DNA from: an uncultured Acidobacteriota bacterium
Lineage (GTDB): Bacteria; Acidobacteriota; UBA6911
Direction: 5' to 3'
Assembly: GCA_963843575.1 (NCBI GenBank)
Contig: CAWJKZ010000019.1
Location: 448,001-512,000, forward strand
DNA length: 64,000 bases
Part shown: positions 1 to 10,554 of the stretch, piece by piece
Numbering within the stretch: the stretch's first letter is position 1
How the letters are laid out: every line of letters begins with the position of its first letter
Program-made: the position numbers and the translations under genes
The notes under the pieces: model-generated
Told to the model about the DNA's origin: nothing
What the model saw: only the letters and a program-made list of their open reading frames with translations
The model's database searches: none

Positions 1-638
1 AGGACGATCGGTTCGAAGTGCCCCGTGATTCCCAGGAAGCGGACCATGCCTTCCGAGCGCGCCTTTTCAAGCGCTTCGATGGCGCCCCCCTTCGCGAAGA
101 TCTTGTCGACATGGTCCTGCGTCTGCACGTTGTGGAGCTGCCAGGTGTCCAGGTGATCGGTCTGCAGGTTCTTGAGGCTGCGCTCGAGCAGCTTCATTGA
201 CCCGTCAAAAGTCCGGTCTCCGGTTTTGCTGGCGAGGAAGACCTCCCGTCGCCTGGTTTTCAAGACTTGGCCGATGTGAGTTTCGCTCGTTCCGTCCCCA
301 TAGCCTGCCGCGGTGTCGATGTAGTTGACCCCCAAGTCTATGGCCCGGCTGACGATCGCCGCCGAATCTTCCGCCCGACCGGGGATTTCGAGCGTGGCCT
401 GGCCCCCGAGACTGAAGATGCCGACCTTGTACCCGGTCTTGCCGAGGCTTCTCGTCGGCATGGCCTTGTGGGTGCGCTCGTTGTACGGAAGTTGATAGCC
501 TCCAGCCGCCGGCTCCGGAGGACGCGCCTCAGGATGAGGGGCATTCGCCCGGGCAACCGCGGCCATGGTCAGCGCCACACCCGTTCCGAGGAACTCCCGC
601 CTGCCGCAACCACCCTTGTTTTCTCCAGTGTCGTTCAT
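1..638 (-). CDS. Tat-exported aldo/keto reductase (3' end outside the window)
   Basis: Not in the ORF track. Manual minus-strand translation from ATG 638, with GGAGGT RBS 7 nt upstream: MNDTGENKGGCGRREFLG...MPTRSLGKTGYKVGIFSLGG...GVNYIDTAAGYGDGTSE...VFLASKTG...LQTDHLDTWQLH, which has AKR motifs and an RRxFL Tat motif. Confidence 0.85.
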   Translation of the reverse strand, partial: MNDTGENKGGCGRREFLGTGVALTMAAVARANAPHPEARPPEPAAGGYQLPYNERTHKAMPTRSLGKTGYKVGIFSLGGQATLEIPGRAEDSAAIVSRAIDLGVNYIDTAAGYGDGTSETHIGQVLKTRRREVFLASKTGDRTFDGSMKLLERSLKNLQTDHLDTWQLHNVQTQDHVDKIFAKGGAIEALEKARSEGMVRFLGITGHFEPIV

Positions 639-712
639 CGCTCATACCTCCGTCGTTTTTTCTTCATGATGATCCAGCCCTCCCGGGAAAGACGAGCGTC
701 TTCGAATCGTGA

Positions 713-920
713 TTACCTCCCTCTCCCGGGAACGAGGCGCTTGAGTTCCTCGAACCAGTTCGTGACGAGGAGCATCTCCGTCACGGGCTGCGGCTTTCTT
801 TCCTCGAGCTTCACCATTAGGAATCCCTGCCCGTCAGGCCACAGGTCCCAGCCTCGGATGGGGTTTCCGTTGCCCAATCCCAGCTGCTCGAACAGGGGGC
901 GCGGCCTGCCGGACGGGCGC
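713..920 (-). pseudogene. C-terminal remnant of a Ser/Thr kinase-PD40/beta-propeller type protein
   Basis: GRPRPLFE...WDLWPDGQGFLMVK...LLVTNWFEELKRLVP resembles the C-terminus of acidobacterial kinase/TolB-like proteins. There is no upstream coding body. Confidence 0.6.
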
Positions 921-927
921 AAAGCGG

Positions 928-1032
928 CCTTAATCGCAGAAAATGGCCCCGAAAACACGAAATAAGGGTCATTTTCCCCTCTATTTTCGCGGCATCTTAT
1001 TGAGGGGTATAGGCTTCTCCTGGTCCGTCCCC
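928..1032 (-). repeat. ~105-bp AT-rich dispersed element, copy 1 (reverse orientation)
   Basis: Reverse complement reads GGGGACGGACCAGGA...CTTATTTCGTGTTTTCGGGGCCATTTTCTGCGATTAAGG, homologous to 12258-12360 and 13756-13860. Confidence 0.7.
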
Positions 1033-4000
1033 TAAAAGTACAATTTCAGGCCAAATTGAATCTGCCTGGCCGGGAAAGTTGAAGAGATGGTGCCAAAGGC
1101 AGTGGCATTGCGCTGTCCGTTGGCCGGCTGGAAATTGGTTTTGTTGAACACGTTGAAGAACTCGGCGCGGAACTCCAGCCTGTTCTCTTCGCGTAGGACC
1201 CGGAAGTCCTTATGCAGCCCCATGTCAAGCTGGTAGAACGCGTGGCTTCGGCCAATGTTGCGGCCGGCGTTCCCAAAAGGCTGGCTGACGTCGGTCGGCA
1301 CCAGGATCGCATTCTTATTGAAATAGTTGGTGATCGTCTGTTCGCTCGGGTAGATGTCGCCGGTGATGTTCGGCCGGTAGGCCGGGTAGCTGCTGACGGA
1401 GAACGCCGACGTCGGGCTGTAGTACAGGTTGATAGGTGCGCCGCTGGTCATGGTATTGATTCCAGTCAGGCGCCAGCCTCCGAGGATTCCGTCCAGCACC
1501 GGATGCATACCGGAGCCATAGGTGCGGCCGCGGCCGTAGGGGATATCCCACACGGCACTCGTGGTGTTGTTGAGCGGCTGGTCATAGCTGGAGAGACCCT
1601 TATCGGACTTGATGTTGCGGAAGTTGACACGGCTGCTGTCGCCGTTCTGCACTTCCAGGTGCCCCGAGGCGTTGTCGATGCCCTTCGACCAGGTGAACGA
1701 ATTCAGGAGGTAGAATCCGCTGGTGAAGCGGCGCTCCAGCTTGACCTGCATCGCGTGATAATTCCCCATTCCCCCCGGGAAAGCCTCCTGGATGATCGAG
1801 TATTTCGATAGCGGGCGGCGTGCCTGGAGCGACAGGTTCTCGCCCACGTTGTTCGGACGCGCCTGGTTGTAATCCGCCAGGACTACCAGCTTGGTGCTCT
1901 TGTTGCCGATGTAACCGACATCGAGGAGCAGGTTGCGGACGAGCTCCCACTGCGTGGTGAGATGCCAGCTCTGAACGTATCCGGTGCGGGTGTCTGCCGG
2001 GATGAAGTTGACGCGCGCCTTCAGGGGATCGTACCTGCCCGGGACGGTATACCCGGTGGGATATCCCATCTGGGTGGTGCGGAAACAGGTGGTCGGCTCT
2101 GAGTTGCCCACGCAGAGTGGCTGCGAGGTCAACTGGTCGATCGTCATCTGGACGACGTGCGGCCCGTTGAAGGACAGCAGATTCTCGCCGCCGAGCCGGT
2201 TGAAGTGCACATAGCTTATCCCATAGCCGGCGCGAATCACCGTGCGGGACGTGGGCGTGTACGCCACTCCGAAGCGGGGCGCGAAGTTATTGCGGTCGGG
2301 GTTGACCAGGGACTTGTCGTAGATCGACCCGTCCTTGGCTGTCAGCAGGGTCTGCGTCGATGGATCGAAGTTGGACAGATAGTTGTTCTTCTCCCACTGG
2401 GGCGTGCCCAGTTCGTATCGCAGGCCCAGGTTGAGCGTGAGCTTGGGATCCACCTTCCAGTCGTTCTGCACAAAGAAGAAGTGCATCCGCTGCCGCAGAT
2501 TAAAAATGAAGGGGGAGATGATCGTGTAGCTGCTGCGCAGGCCGAGGAGAAAATCGGCTAGGTCGTAGGTTGCCGCGTCGGACGCCGCGCCGGATGGTCG
2601 TGTGAATTGGCCCGCGTAGGAGTCCTGGCCGTATTTCGGATGGACGTCGTCGATCTCGGTGGCGATGGTCTGGTACTCGTATCCGGCCTTCCAACTCATC
2701 TTGCCCCGGATCCAGGAGAAGTTGACCTTCGGATTCCAGACAAACGGGTCCTGGTGCTGCGGGTTGGACTCCTGCCGGCCGAGGGCAGTCCATCCGCTGA
2801 TAGACTGCTTGAGGAGGCCGCCGGCAAACCGGGCATCTGTGGGCAGGCCGGTAATGCCGTAAAGGGCTTCCATGCCCGGGCCCCCCTGGTTGTAGCCGTT
2901 CTTACCCGCCTTCGTCTTGGATACCCCGAGCCGGAATTCGAGCAGCTTGGTCGTCGACAGGCTGTAGGTAGCGCCGACGGCCAGCTGCTGGTTCAGCACG
3001 CCGACGTAAGCATTGCTGTCTCCACCGGAAAGTCCCGAAATGGTGGGCGGCTCGAAGTTGTTCATCTTGCGATGGCTGATCCTCACGAAGGAACTCAACT
3101 TGCTGGAGACCTGGTAATCCACCTTGACGTTGAACTTGTCGTTGTAGTCCTGTTGCGCCGGCAAGGAGTCGAAGTTGTTGGCGATGCCCGGGCGCGTCGG
3201 TGCCGGAAGGTCGGCGAGCACCTTCTTGGCAAATGGGGTGATCGAGGACTCCGGGACGCCGTTGGCATAGGTCTCGCCGGTGAACGGGTTGCGGACCGCC
3301 TTGCCCAGAATGCCCTTCCTCTGGTCCATCGTCGGAATGCTGGCGAATCGGATGCTGCGCTGGATCTGCCGGAAACCCTCATAGTCCACGAAGAAGAAGG
3401 CCTTGTCCCTGATGATGGGGCCGCCGACGGCGCCACCGAACTGATTCCGGATCAGGGTCGGCTTGATGCCCCCGGTCGGTTTGAAAAAGCCGACCGCGTT
3501 GAGCACCGTGTTCCGGTGAAACTCCCATAGGGATCCCCGCAGCTGGTTTGTGCCGGCTCGCAGGGAGGCGTTGATGACCGCGCCCCCGGCGCGGCCGAAT
3601 TCGGCCGAGTAGTTGTTGGTCTGCACCTTGAACTCGGCGACGCTGTCGGGCGACGCCTGCACGACCTGGTTGGAGAATCCCTGGTTGGAGGTGCCGTAGG
3701 AGTTGTTGTCGACACCGTCCATGGTGAAGTTGTTGAAGGCGCTGCGCAAACCGTGGACGTTGAACGAGGCGTCACGCGAGGTTGCGATGGCTGACTTCCT
3801 GACTCCTGGAGAAAGCAGCGCCAGGTCGGCATACGCCCGCCCGTTGAGCGGGAGGTTGACGATCTGCTCCGAGGCGACCACCGTGCCGCGATCGCTGGAG
3901 TCTGTCTCCACGAGTCTGGCCGCCCCGGTGACCACCACGCTTTCTGTGATGTTGCCTACCTGCAGCGAGAGGTCGACACGCTGACGCGCATTCACGGTCA

Positions 4001-4286
4001 CCTTGACATTCTCGGCTACTGCCGTCGAAAACCCCTGCATCTCCGCGCGCACCGTATAGGTGCCGTTCTTGACATTGAGGATGAGGTAGTTGCCGGATTC
4101 GTCGGTGCCCGCCGAAGTCGTAATCCCGGTTTCCATGTTACGGAGCGTTATGGTGGCCCCGGCAATTACGGCCCCTGAAGGATCGCGAACCGTGCCCAGA
4201 ACGCTGGCCGATTCGAACTGAGCGAAGGCCGCCTGGGAAAGGAGCAACAGCATCGGCAGCAAGCCAAATCGAACGAGTCTGTTCAT
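1032..4286 (-). CDS. TonB-dependent receptor (Oar-like, N-terminal carboxypeptidase regulatory-like domain)
   Basis: Signal peptide, [40 protein letters not shown]-terminal [11 protein letters not shown]; about 1084 aa. Confidence 0.95.
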   Translation of the reverse strand: MNRLVRFGLLPMLLLLSQAAFAQFESASVLGTVRDPSGAVIAGATITLRNMETGITTSAGTDESGNYLILNVKNGTYTVRAEMQGFSTAVAENVKVTVNARQRVDLSLQVGNITESVVVTGAARLVETDSSDRGTVVASEQIVNLPLNGRAYADLALLSPGVRKSAIATSRDASFNVHGLRSAFNNFTMDGVDNNSYGTSNQGFSNQVVQASPDSVAEFKVQTNNYSAEFGRAGGAVINASLRAGTNQLRGSLWEFHRNTVLNAVGFFKPTGGIKPTLIRNQFGGAVGGPIIRDKAFFFVDYEGFRQIQRSIRFASIPTMDQRKGILGKAVRNPFTGETYANGVPESSITPFAKKVLADLPAPTRPGIANNFDSLPAQQDYNDKFNVKVDYQVSSKLSSFVRISHRKMNNFEPPTISGLSGGDSNAYVGVLNQQLAVGATYSLSTTKLLEFRLGVSKTKAGKNGYNQGGPGMEALYGITGLPTDARFAGGLLKQSISGWTALGRQESNPQHQDPFVWNPKVNFSWIRGKMSWKAGYEYQTIATEIDDVHPKYGQDSYAGQFTRPSGAASDAATYDLADFLLGLRSSYTIISPFIFNLRQRMHFFFVQNDWKVDPKLTLNLGLRYELGTPQWEKNNYLSNFDPSTQTLLTAKDGSIYDKSLVNPDRNNFAPRFGVAYTPTSRTVIRAGYGISYVHFNRLGGENLLSFNGPHVVQMTIDQLTSQPLCVGNSEPTTCFRTTQMGYPTGYTVPGRYDPLKARVNFIPADTRTGYVQSWHLTTQWELVRNLLLDVGYIGNKSTKLVVLADYNQARPNNVGENLSLQARRPLSKYSIIQEAFPGGMGNYHAMQVKLERRFTSGFYLLNSFTWSKGIDNASGHLEVQNGDSSRVNFRNIKSDKGLSSYDQPLNNTTSAVWDIPYGRGRTYGSGMHPVLDGILGGWRLTGINTMTSGAPINLYYSPTSAFSVSSYPAYRPNITGDIYPSEQTITNYFNKNAILVPTDVSQPFGNAGRNIGRSHAFYQLDMGLHKDFRVLREENRLEFRAEFFNVFNKTNFQPANGQRNATAFGTISSTFPARQIQFGLKLYF

Positions 4287-4370
4287 GTAGCACCCTCCCT
4301 GGGTGTAATCGGTGCACACGTGTGCAAGCTAAACCAGGTTCGCCCCTCTTGTCAAGGATCCGGGCTAATC

Positions 4371-4530
4371 TGGAGTGCGGCGCCTCGGCGCCGCTTTCAC
4401 TTACGTCCTACGGCAGGAATGCTCGGCGCCTCGGCGCCACACCGAATTGCGTCGTGCGACCCTGCGACCTCGGCCGTTGGTGGCGCCGAGGCGCCACCAC
4501 CAAAGCGGCGTCGAGCCGCCGCACTCCAAA
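4371..4530. repeat. REP-like palindromes, family 2 (GGAGTGCGGCG[G/C]CTCG[A/G]CGCCGCTTT), inverted doublet
   Basis: Same motif at 7233-7254, 15050-15075, 22709-22810, 26059-26256 and 36652-36700. Confidence 0.8.
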
Positions 4531-4538
4531 GGACAGCC

Positions 4539-5615
4539 CTACTTCCTCAGGATCACGATCGAGTCCGAGACGGGGCGTTCCTTGCCGTCCGAGGGGGAAT
4601 TCACGACCGCCCCGTCGTAGAAGAGGGTGGTCGAGCCGCCGCCGTCCAGGTTCAGTGCATCGACGCAGTCGAGCGACTGGAGCAGGTCTGCCAGTTCGGC
4701 GAGGCTCGCCCCGATTGAGAGGCCTGGCTGGCGCCCGTCGACGGCGACCAGGACCCACGTGCCGTCAGCCTTCAGGCCGACGGCAGTCCGCGGGTGCCGC
4801 TCGACCGCAAAGCCCGGCCGCAGCCCTTCCTGGTCCGGTTCGAATGCGCGACGCCCGCCGCTCAGCAGGACGGGCAGACCGCCGACGATGTTGTTCGCCT
4901 CCCGCCAGGCAATTGCCCCGGGGGCGTTGGTCCCCGCCGCGGTCAGCTCGTAGCCGAGCCTCACCGGCGCCTTCGTCTTCAGCCCTGCGCTTGCGGCCAC
5001 CCGCCCCGGGCCCACCGAGTAGACGTAACCGCCGGGGGGAATCGCACTGTTGCCTTTCCGGGAAACCGCCGCGACGCGGTTGCCGGCGATCAGGAATTCG
5101 AGCCCGCCCGGGTCGGTGAGGGTGGTGCGGTGGAAGGCCCAATCGTAGAGGATGGCTTCGTTGCGGCCGCGCGGCCGGTTGATACCGTTTACCGGGAAGG
5201 TCCTGCCCCGGCTCCGCAACCACCACTTCATCCCGACTCGCCCGATGCGCGTTCCCCGGGCGTTCCATCCAATGGCGCCGCGGGCCCCCGCCGGATCCGA
5301 GAACCACCGGCCGCCCACTCTCAGGATGCCCGCCGGCTCCCCATCATACCGGCCGCCGATCCGGAAGAAGCCGCCGTTGACCGCGGCGAGCGCCGCCTTC
5401 CGCTCGGCCATCGAGGAGACGGTCTCGCGCCCCACCCCGTCGTCCAGGGCCCGGACGGCCTCGATGCGCACCCGCCGCGGGTCCACGTGCAGTATGTGGA
5501 TCGAAAGGGGACCCGCGGCCGCGCGCGACTCGTAGCGCAGCCCCGGGAAATCGGCCGGGACCGCCGGCGCGAGGGTCAGGATCAGGAGGGCGAAAACCGC
5601 GAGCCCCCGGCGCAT
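4539..5615 (-). CDS. Phosphodiester glycosidase (NAGPA) family protein, secreted
   Basis: AAVNGGFF, RHPRTAVG, VDGRQ, ALNLDGGGST motifs; signal peptide MRRGLAVFALLIL. Confidence 0.9.
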   Translation of the reverse strand: MRRGLAVFALLILTLAPAVPADFPGLRYESRAAAGPLSIHILHVDPRRVRIEAVRALDDGVGRETVSSMAERKAALAAVNGGFFRIGGRYDGEPAGILRVGGRWFSDPAGARGAIGWNARGTRIGRVGMKWWLRSRGRTFPVNGINRPRGRNEAILYDWAFHRTTLTDPGGLEFLIAGNRVAAVSRKGNSAIPPGGYVYSVGPGRVAASAGLKTKAPVRLGYELTAAGTNAPGAIAWREANNIVGGLPVLLSGGRRAFEPDQEGLRPGFAVERHPRTAVGLKADGTWVLVAVDGRQPGLSIGASLAELADLLQSLDCVDALNLDGGGSTTLFYDGAVVNSPSDGKERPVSDSIVILRK

Positions 5616-5759
5616 CCGTTTCGTCACGCCCCTGATCATACCCCAAGTACCCCAGGTGGGCCGCGGCGGCCCGCCGCGGCCCCCGGATTCGGCCCCGGAT
5701 TCGGCACGGGCGATCTTTGTTGCGGACTCGCGTGCGGTTGGGCGAGACTGGGCCAGGCT

Positions 5760-6219
5760 ATGAGACGGTTTTCGTACGAGTGCGAACAGACGCTGCCCCG
5801 GCCCCTGCAGGAGGTGTTCGCCTTCTTCTCGGAGCCGGGGAACCTGCAGGCCATCACGCCGCCGTGGCTGAGTTTCCAGATCCTTCCCGCCGGTGACCTC
5901 CGGATGCGGGTCGGGCTGCTCATCGACTACCGGCTCCACGTCCACGGGATCCCGCTCCGGTGGCGCAGCGAGATCACGGCCTGGGATCCGCCTCACCGAT
6001 TCGTGGACGAACAGCGGCGGGGCCCCTACCGGCTCTGGATCCACGAGCACAGCTTCGAGGCGAAGGGCGACGCCACGCTTGTCAGGGACCTGCGTGACCT
6101 ACGGCGTCACGGGAGGGCTGATCGTCCAGCGCCTCTTCGTCGGCCGCGACGTCGAAAGGATCTTCGCATTCCGCAGGAAGACGCTGGACCAGCTCTTTCG
6201 GATTGGCCGACCTGTGTGA
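5760..6219 (+). CDS. SRPBCC family protein (frameshift near 6090)
   Basis: EVFAFFSEPGNLQAITPPWL...WDPPHRFVDEQRRGPYRLWIHEHSF continues in another frame as VTYG...DVERIFAFRRK. Confidence 0.85.
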
Positions 6220-6235
6220 ATCACGTACCACTCAA

Positions 6236-6769
6236 TCAGCGAAACGCAAATCCGATGCGCAAGCCCAGCAGGTGGCGGCCACCGTCCGGGTAGACGTGAT
6301 CCCGAAACTCGAGAAGGATCCCCTTGTTCTCCCGGAACCACCAGTTCACACCGCCGCCGAAGTTGACCAGGTTGCGGCCCCCGTCTCCACCCACGCGAGA
6401 ATAGCCTCCCGCCAGAAATGGAGAAACCTTCCTCAGGCGGGAGAAGTGATAGTAGCCGTCGACCGAAAACAGCCCCAGCGGGTCCGAACCCTGCGTCGCC
6501 CAGGCCACACCCGCTTCGGCTCCCAGCCCCAGGCCCCGGTACACCAGTGCTTCGGCGCCCGCACCGACGTGCATGGTCCCCACCGATTCCGACCACCCGA
6601 TGTACGCCCCCGGAGCGACGAACACGTAACCCTGGAAGCGGTGTTCACCGTAGACGTTCGTCCCCGGTGTCGTGTTCGGGGCGGGCTGGCCGCTGGCCCA
6701 CCCTGAGAGCACGAGCATGGCCGAAGCCGTCACAACGATCCTGCTCAACATCCGGTATGCATTGTTCAC
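6236..6769 (-). CDS. Small outer-membrane beta-barrel domain protein
   Basis: Signal peptide, alternating beta-strand pattern, C-terminal LRIGFAFR. Confidence 0.75.
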   Translation of the reverse strand: MNNAYRMLSRIVVTASAMLVLSGWASGQPAPNTTPGTNVYGEHRFQGYVFVAPGAYIGWSESVGTMHVGAGAEALVYRGLGLGAEAGVAWATQGSDPLGLFSVDGYYHFSRLRKVSPFLAGGYSRVGGDGGRNLVNFGGGVNWWFRENKGILLEFRDHVYPDGGRHLLGLRIGFAFR

Positions 6770-6970
6770 CTCGAACCCCCTTTCCTGGCTGTGGAGATCG
6801 CCGGTTCCAGAGAGGCAAACCGTGGACCCGCCCTATCCATCGTCCGGTGCAAGACGTAAGTGCCGCTTGCGCAACGAAGATCGCCCCGGTAACCACAGGG
6901 TGCGCATGTACCTCCCGGGATGTGCGATTTGGCGCATGTCGAATGGATTGGCGTGCGCCTGTCAGTGCTC

Positions 6971-7203
6971 AAGTGGGTCCGGGCTTCAGAGGCTGTCCAA
7001 CGGTTGAACCGCCCGCCCCACCCGCAAAACAAGTGGATCCGGGCTTCAGAGGCTGTCCAACGGTTGAACCACCCGCCCTACCCGCAAAACAAGTGGGTCC
7101 GGGCTTCAGCCCGGACGCCGTTTGCTGTCGCTATGCAGGTCAGCTGGAACTCTATGGAACGGATTTAAAGACGTCCGGGCTTCAGCCCGGACCCACTTGT
7201 TTT
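6971..7203. repeat. REP family 1: two 60-bp tandem units followed by a REPIN (inverted GTGGGTCCGGGCTTCAGCCCGGAC pair)
   Basis: Units start at 6971, 7031 and 7091. The REPIN is bounded by AAAACAAGTGGGTCC...GGACCCACTTGTTTT. Confidence 0.85.
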
Positions 7204-7294
7204 ACGGGCCCTGCCGGATTGTGGCCCGTGGTGGCGTCGAGCCGCCGCACTCCAGACACTTGATTCCGGGGGTGGGGTGCTTTAGGCTCGGTCC

Positions 7295-8311
7295 ATGGGT
7301 ACCTACGACGGGGTCGACCCCGGATGCGTGCCGTTTCGCGCACTCTCCACGGGCGCACGCATGCCGGCGATCGGGCTGGGCACGTTCGGCTCGGACCACG
7401 TCTCCGCCGACGAGGTGGCCACGGCCGTCCGCGGCGCGGCCGAGGCCGGTTACCGGCACTTCGATTGCGCCTCCGTCTACGGCAACGAACGTCAGGTCGG
7501 CGCGGCGCTGCAGGACGTGATGCGCGGCGGCGTCGCCCGCGACCGGCTCTGGATCACCTCGAAACTCTGGAACGACAAACACGCCCCCGCCGACGTCGTC
7601 CCCTCCTGCCTCGACTCGCTGCGCGACCTGCGGCTGGACTACCTGGACATGTACCTCGTCCACTGGCCCTTCCCGAATTTCCACCCGCCGGGATGCGACG
7701 TCAGCACGCGGGCCGCCGACGCCAGGCCCTACATCCACGAAGACTTCATGGCGACCTGGCGGAAGATGGAAGAACTTGTGGACATGGGCGCGACGCGGCA
7801 CATCGGGACGTCCAACATGACGATCCCGAAACTGCGGCTGCTGCTCCGCGACGCCCGCATCAGGCCCGCGATCAATGAAATGGAGCTGCACCCGCACTTC
7901 CAGCAGCCGGAGCTTTTCGCGTTCGTCCGCGCGCAGGGGATCGAACCGGTCGGCTACTGCCCCATCGGCTCGCCGGGACGCCCCGCGCGGGACCGTGCGC
8001 CCGAGGACACGGTCGACACCGAGGATCCCGTGATCGTCCGGATCGCGGCGAGGCACGGCATCCAGCCCGCCGTCGTCTGCCTCAAGTGGGCTATTCAGCG
8101 GGGGCAGACGCCGCTCCCGTTCTCGACAAAACGCGACCACTACCTCGCCAACCTGCGCGGAGCCGTCGGCGAGCCCCTGTCGGACGGTGAAATGGCTGAG
8201 ATCGCCGGCATCGACAGGAACTGCCGGCTCGTCAAGGGGCAGGTCTTCCTGTGGAGGGCGGGGCAGAGCTGGGAAGACCTCTGGGACCTCAACGGAGAAA
8301 TCGCACGATGA
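7295..8311 (+). CDS. Aldo/keto reductase
   Basis: MPAIGLGTF, GYRHFDCASVYGNE, ITSKLWN, LDMYLVHWP, IGTSN. Confidence 0.93.
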   Translation: MGTYDGVDPGCVPFRALSTGARMPAIGLGTFGSDHVSADEVATAVRGAAEAGYRHFDCASVYGNERQVGAALQDVMRGGVARDRLWITSKLWNDKHAPADVVPSCLDSLRDLRLDYLDMYLVHWPFPNFHPPGCDVSTRAADARPYIHEDFMATWRKMEELVDMGATRHIGTSNMTIPKLRLLLRDARIRPAINEMELHPHFQQPELFAFVRAQGIEPVGYCPIGSPGRPARDRAPEDTVDTEDPVIVRIAARHGIQPAVVCLKWAIQRGQTPLPFSTKRDHYLANLRGAVGEPLSDGEMAEIAGIDRNCRLVKGQVFLWRAGQSWEDLWDLNGEIAR

Positions 8312-9372
8312 CCGCGACCATGCGAGGAGCATACCTGCCGGGGGACAGCACGACGACGTTGAAGGAGGTGCCCGTCCCCGAGCCGGGCCACGGTGAGGTG
8401 CTCCTGCGGATGAAGGCCTCCACGATATGCGGCTCCGACATCCGGTGCATCTACCACGAACACCTCGGCAAGGGCCCCGAAGGGTACCAGGGCGTGATCG
8501 CCGGCCACGAGCCCTGCGGCCAGATCGTGAAGACGGGGCCGGGCTGCCGGCGCTTCGGCGCCGGCGACCGCGTGATCGTCTACCACATCTCCGGCTGCGG
8601 CGTCTGCAACGACTGCCGGCGCGGCTACATGATTTCCTGCACGAGCGAGAAGTACCGGCGCGCCTACGGCTGGCAGCGCGACGGCGGCATGGCCGACTAC
8701 CTCCTCGCCGAGGAGAAAGACCTCGTCTTCCTGCCGGACGAGCTGTCCTACGCCGACGGCGCGCAGGTCGCCTGCGGCTTCGGGACCGTCTACGAGGGGC
8801 TGGTCAAGGTCGGCATCAGCGGCCAGGACGCCGTGCTCGTGACGGGCCTCGGCCCCGTCGGGCTCGCCACCGCGGCCCTCTGCCGCAAGCTCGGCTCGAA
8901 CCGCATCATCGGGATCGAGCCCGTCGAAGAGCGCCGGAAACTGGCCGCCGAACTGCTGCTCTGCGACGAGGTGCTCGCCGCCGGCCCGGACAACGTCGCG
9001 GAGGTGAGGCGGCTGACGGCCGGCCGCGGGGTCGAGCGCGCCATCGACTGCTCCGCCAACCCTGCGGCACGCGCCACAGCGATCCGGGCCACCCGCAAGT
9101 GGGGCAAGATCGTCTTCCTGGGGGAGGGCGGCAGGGTGGAGTTCGACCCGTCGCCCGACATCATCCACGATCAGAAATCCATCTACGGCTCCTGGGTCAC
9201 CTCCACGTGGCTCATGGAGGAACTCGTGGAGCGGCTCGTGCGCTGGAACCTGCACCCGGCGGACCTCGTCACCCATCGGTTCGAGCTCGGCCGGGTCGCC
9301 GACGCTTACGCGCTCATGGCGTCGGCCAGGTGCGGCAAGGTCGCGGTGTGCTTCGACGAGGAGCTGATATGA
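8308..9372 (+). CDS. Zinc-dependent alcohol/polyol dehydrogenase (MDR family)
   Basis: ICGSD, GHEPCG, CGVCNDC...C, GLGPVG; ATGA overlap with the upstream AKR. Confidence 0.93.
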   Translation: MTATMRGAYLPGDSTTTLKEVPVPEPGHGEVLLRMKASTICGSDIRCIYHEHLGKGPEGYQGVIAGHEPCGQIVKTGPGCRRFGAGDRVIVYHISGCGVCNDCRRGYMISCTSEKYRRAYGWQRDGGMADYLLAEEKDLVFLPDELSYADGAQVACGFGTVYEGLVKVGISGQDAVLVTGLGPVGLATAALCRKLGSNRIIGIEPVEERRKLAAELLLCDEVLAAGPDNVAEVRRLTAGRGVERAIDCSANPAARATAIRATRKWGKIVFLGEGGRVEFDPSPDIIHDQKSIYGSWVTSTWLMEELVERLVRWNLHPADLVTHRFELGRVADAYALMASARCGKVAVCFDEELI

Positions 9373-9388
9373 AAATCTCCATTCCAGG

Positions 9389-9445
9389 ACGCGGATTTGC
9401 GCTGTGATCCGCGTCAATCCGTCAAATCCGCGAAGATCCGTGTTC
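9389..9445. repeat. REP-like family 3 (CGCGGAT.../ATCCGCG[T]AAATCCG)
   Basis: Related motifs at 34462-34590, 35770-35842, 39759-39790, 43535-43716, 44550-44590 and 47345-47420. Confidence 0.65.
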
Positions 9446-9473
9446 CGCTTTTGTTTTTGTCTCTCCTGGCCGG

Positions 9474-10481
9474 TCAAGGCCGGACAACGTCGATTACCGC
9501 CGCCTTAGCCAGGAACGACTTGCGGAGCTTGGCCACCACGGTGAAGTGCGGGTCGACGATGTTCGCGACGTCGTATTGGAGCGCGTGGCCCATCAGCAGC
9601 GACGAGCCCCTCTCGTCGAAACCGTAGTCCGCCATCAGCCACGCCTGCATCTCGGTCGTAGCGTGCTGCAGGGCCTCCAGCAGGGGTCTCGCGCTGCCCA
9701 GGACCATGATGTACTCCGAACTCTCCGCGCGCGGCCAGTTGATCGTTTTCCCCTTGATCAAGTCGACGCTGAACTCGACCTCCATGGAGGTCTCGAGCGC
9801 GTTGCCGATCGTCTCGCCGTCGCCCTGCGCGGCGTGCCCGTCGCCGACAAACAGCAGGGCGCCGGGCTCGAACACCGGGAGCATCAGGGTCACCCCGGCC
9901 GTCATGCCGTTGTAGTCCATGTTCCCGCCGAACGCGTCCGGGGTGCTGGTGGCCACCGCTTCCTTGCGGTCCGGCGCCGTCGCCACACAGCCCAGCATCG
10001 GCCTGAGCGGGATCTCGATCCGGCCGGGGCGGAAGCCGGCGGATTCGAGGTAGGCGATCCCCTTCTTCTTGTCTATCGTCCAGGTCTGGTCCTGCTGCTC
10101 CCGCAAGGCGGTCGAGCGGAGGAAAGCCGGGTCGACGGCATAGGGCGCGAGCAGGCTGCCGGACCAGGCGGTGTCCCTGTTCGGCTCGATCCTATCGAAC
10201 CGGACGACCAGCACGTCTCCGCGCGCGGCGCCCTCGACGAAAAAGGGCCCCGTCTGCGGATTCGGCCGCTCGGCGATTTTCTTGCCCTGGGCATCGAATC
10301 CCCAGGCATCGACGGTCCGGGTGATCACCCTGTCTCCGGCCTTGATGCGCAGCACCGGCCGGTGCGCCCCGGAAAAGGTGTTGTGGTACTCCTTCGGGTC
10401 GAAGCGGTGCGTTTCGGCCTGGGCGAGCAGCGGGACCGCGAGCAGCACGGCGGCGATGGCTGCGATCGATGTGAGCGTCAC
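9474..10481 (-). CDS. Acetamidase/formamidase family protein, secreted
   Basis: NPQTGPFFVEGA, FGGNMD, GDGHAAQGDGE motifs; signal peptide. Confidence 0.92.
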   Translation of the reverse strand: MTLTSIAAIAAVLLAVPLLAQAETHRFDPKEYHNTFSGAHRPVLRIKAGDRVITRTVDAWGFDAQGKKIAERPNPQTGPFFVEGAARGDVLVVRFDRIEPNRDTAWSGSLLAPYAVDPAFLRSTALREQQDQTWTIDKKKGIAYLESAGFRPGRIEIPLRPMLGCVATAPDRKEAVATSTPDAFGGNMDYNGMTAGVTLMLPVFEPGALLFVGDGHAAQGDGETIGNALETSMEVEFSVDLIKGKTINWPRAESSEYIMVLGSARPLLEALQHATTEMQAWLMADYGFDERGSSLLMGHALQYDVANIVDPHFTVVAKLRKSFLAKAAVIDVVRP

Positions 10482-10554
10482 GTGGAACCTCCCTTATAAC
10501 GTGTGTCAGTGTGCGCCAGTGAGCCGCGTCGAGCCGACGCGGCCCCCCCCCAGA

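Noticed and set aside
6848-6866. Sigma54 promoter for the beta-barrel gene
   Set aside because: GG-to-GC spacing is 12 rather than the required 10.
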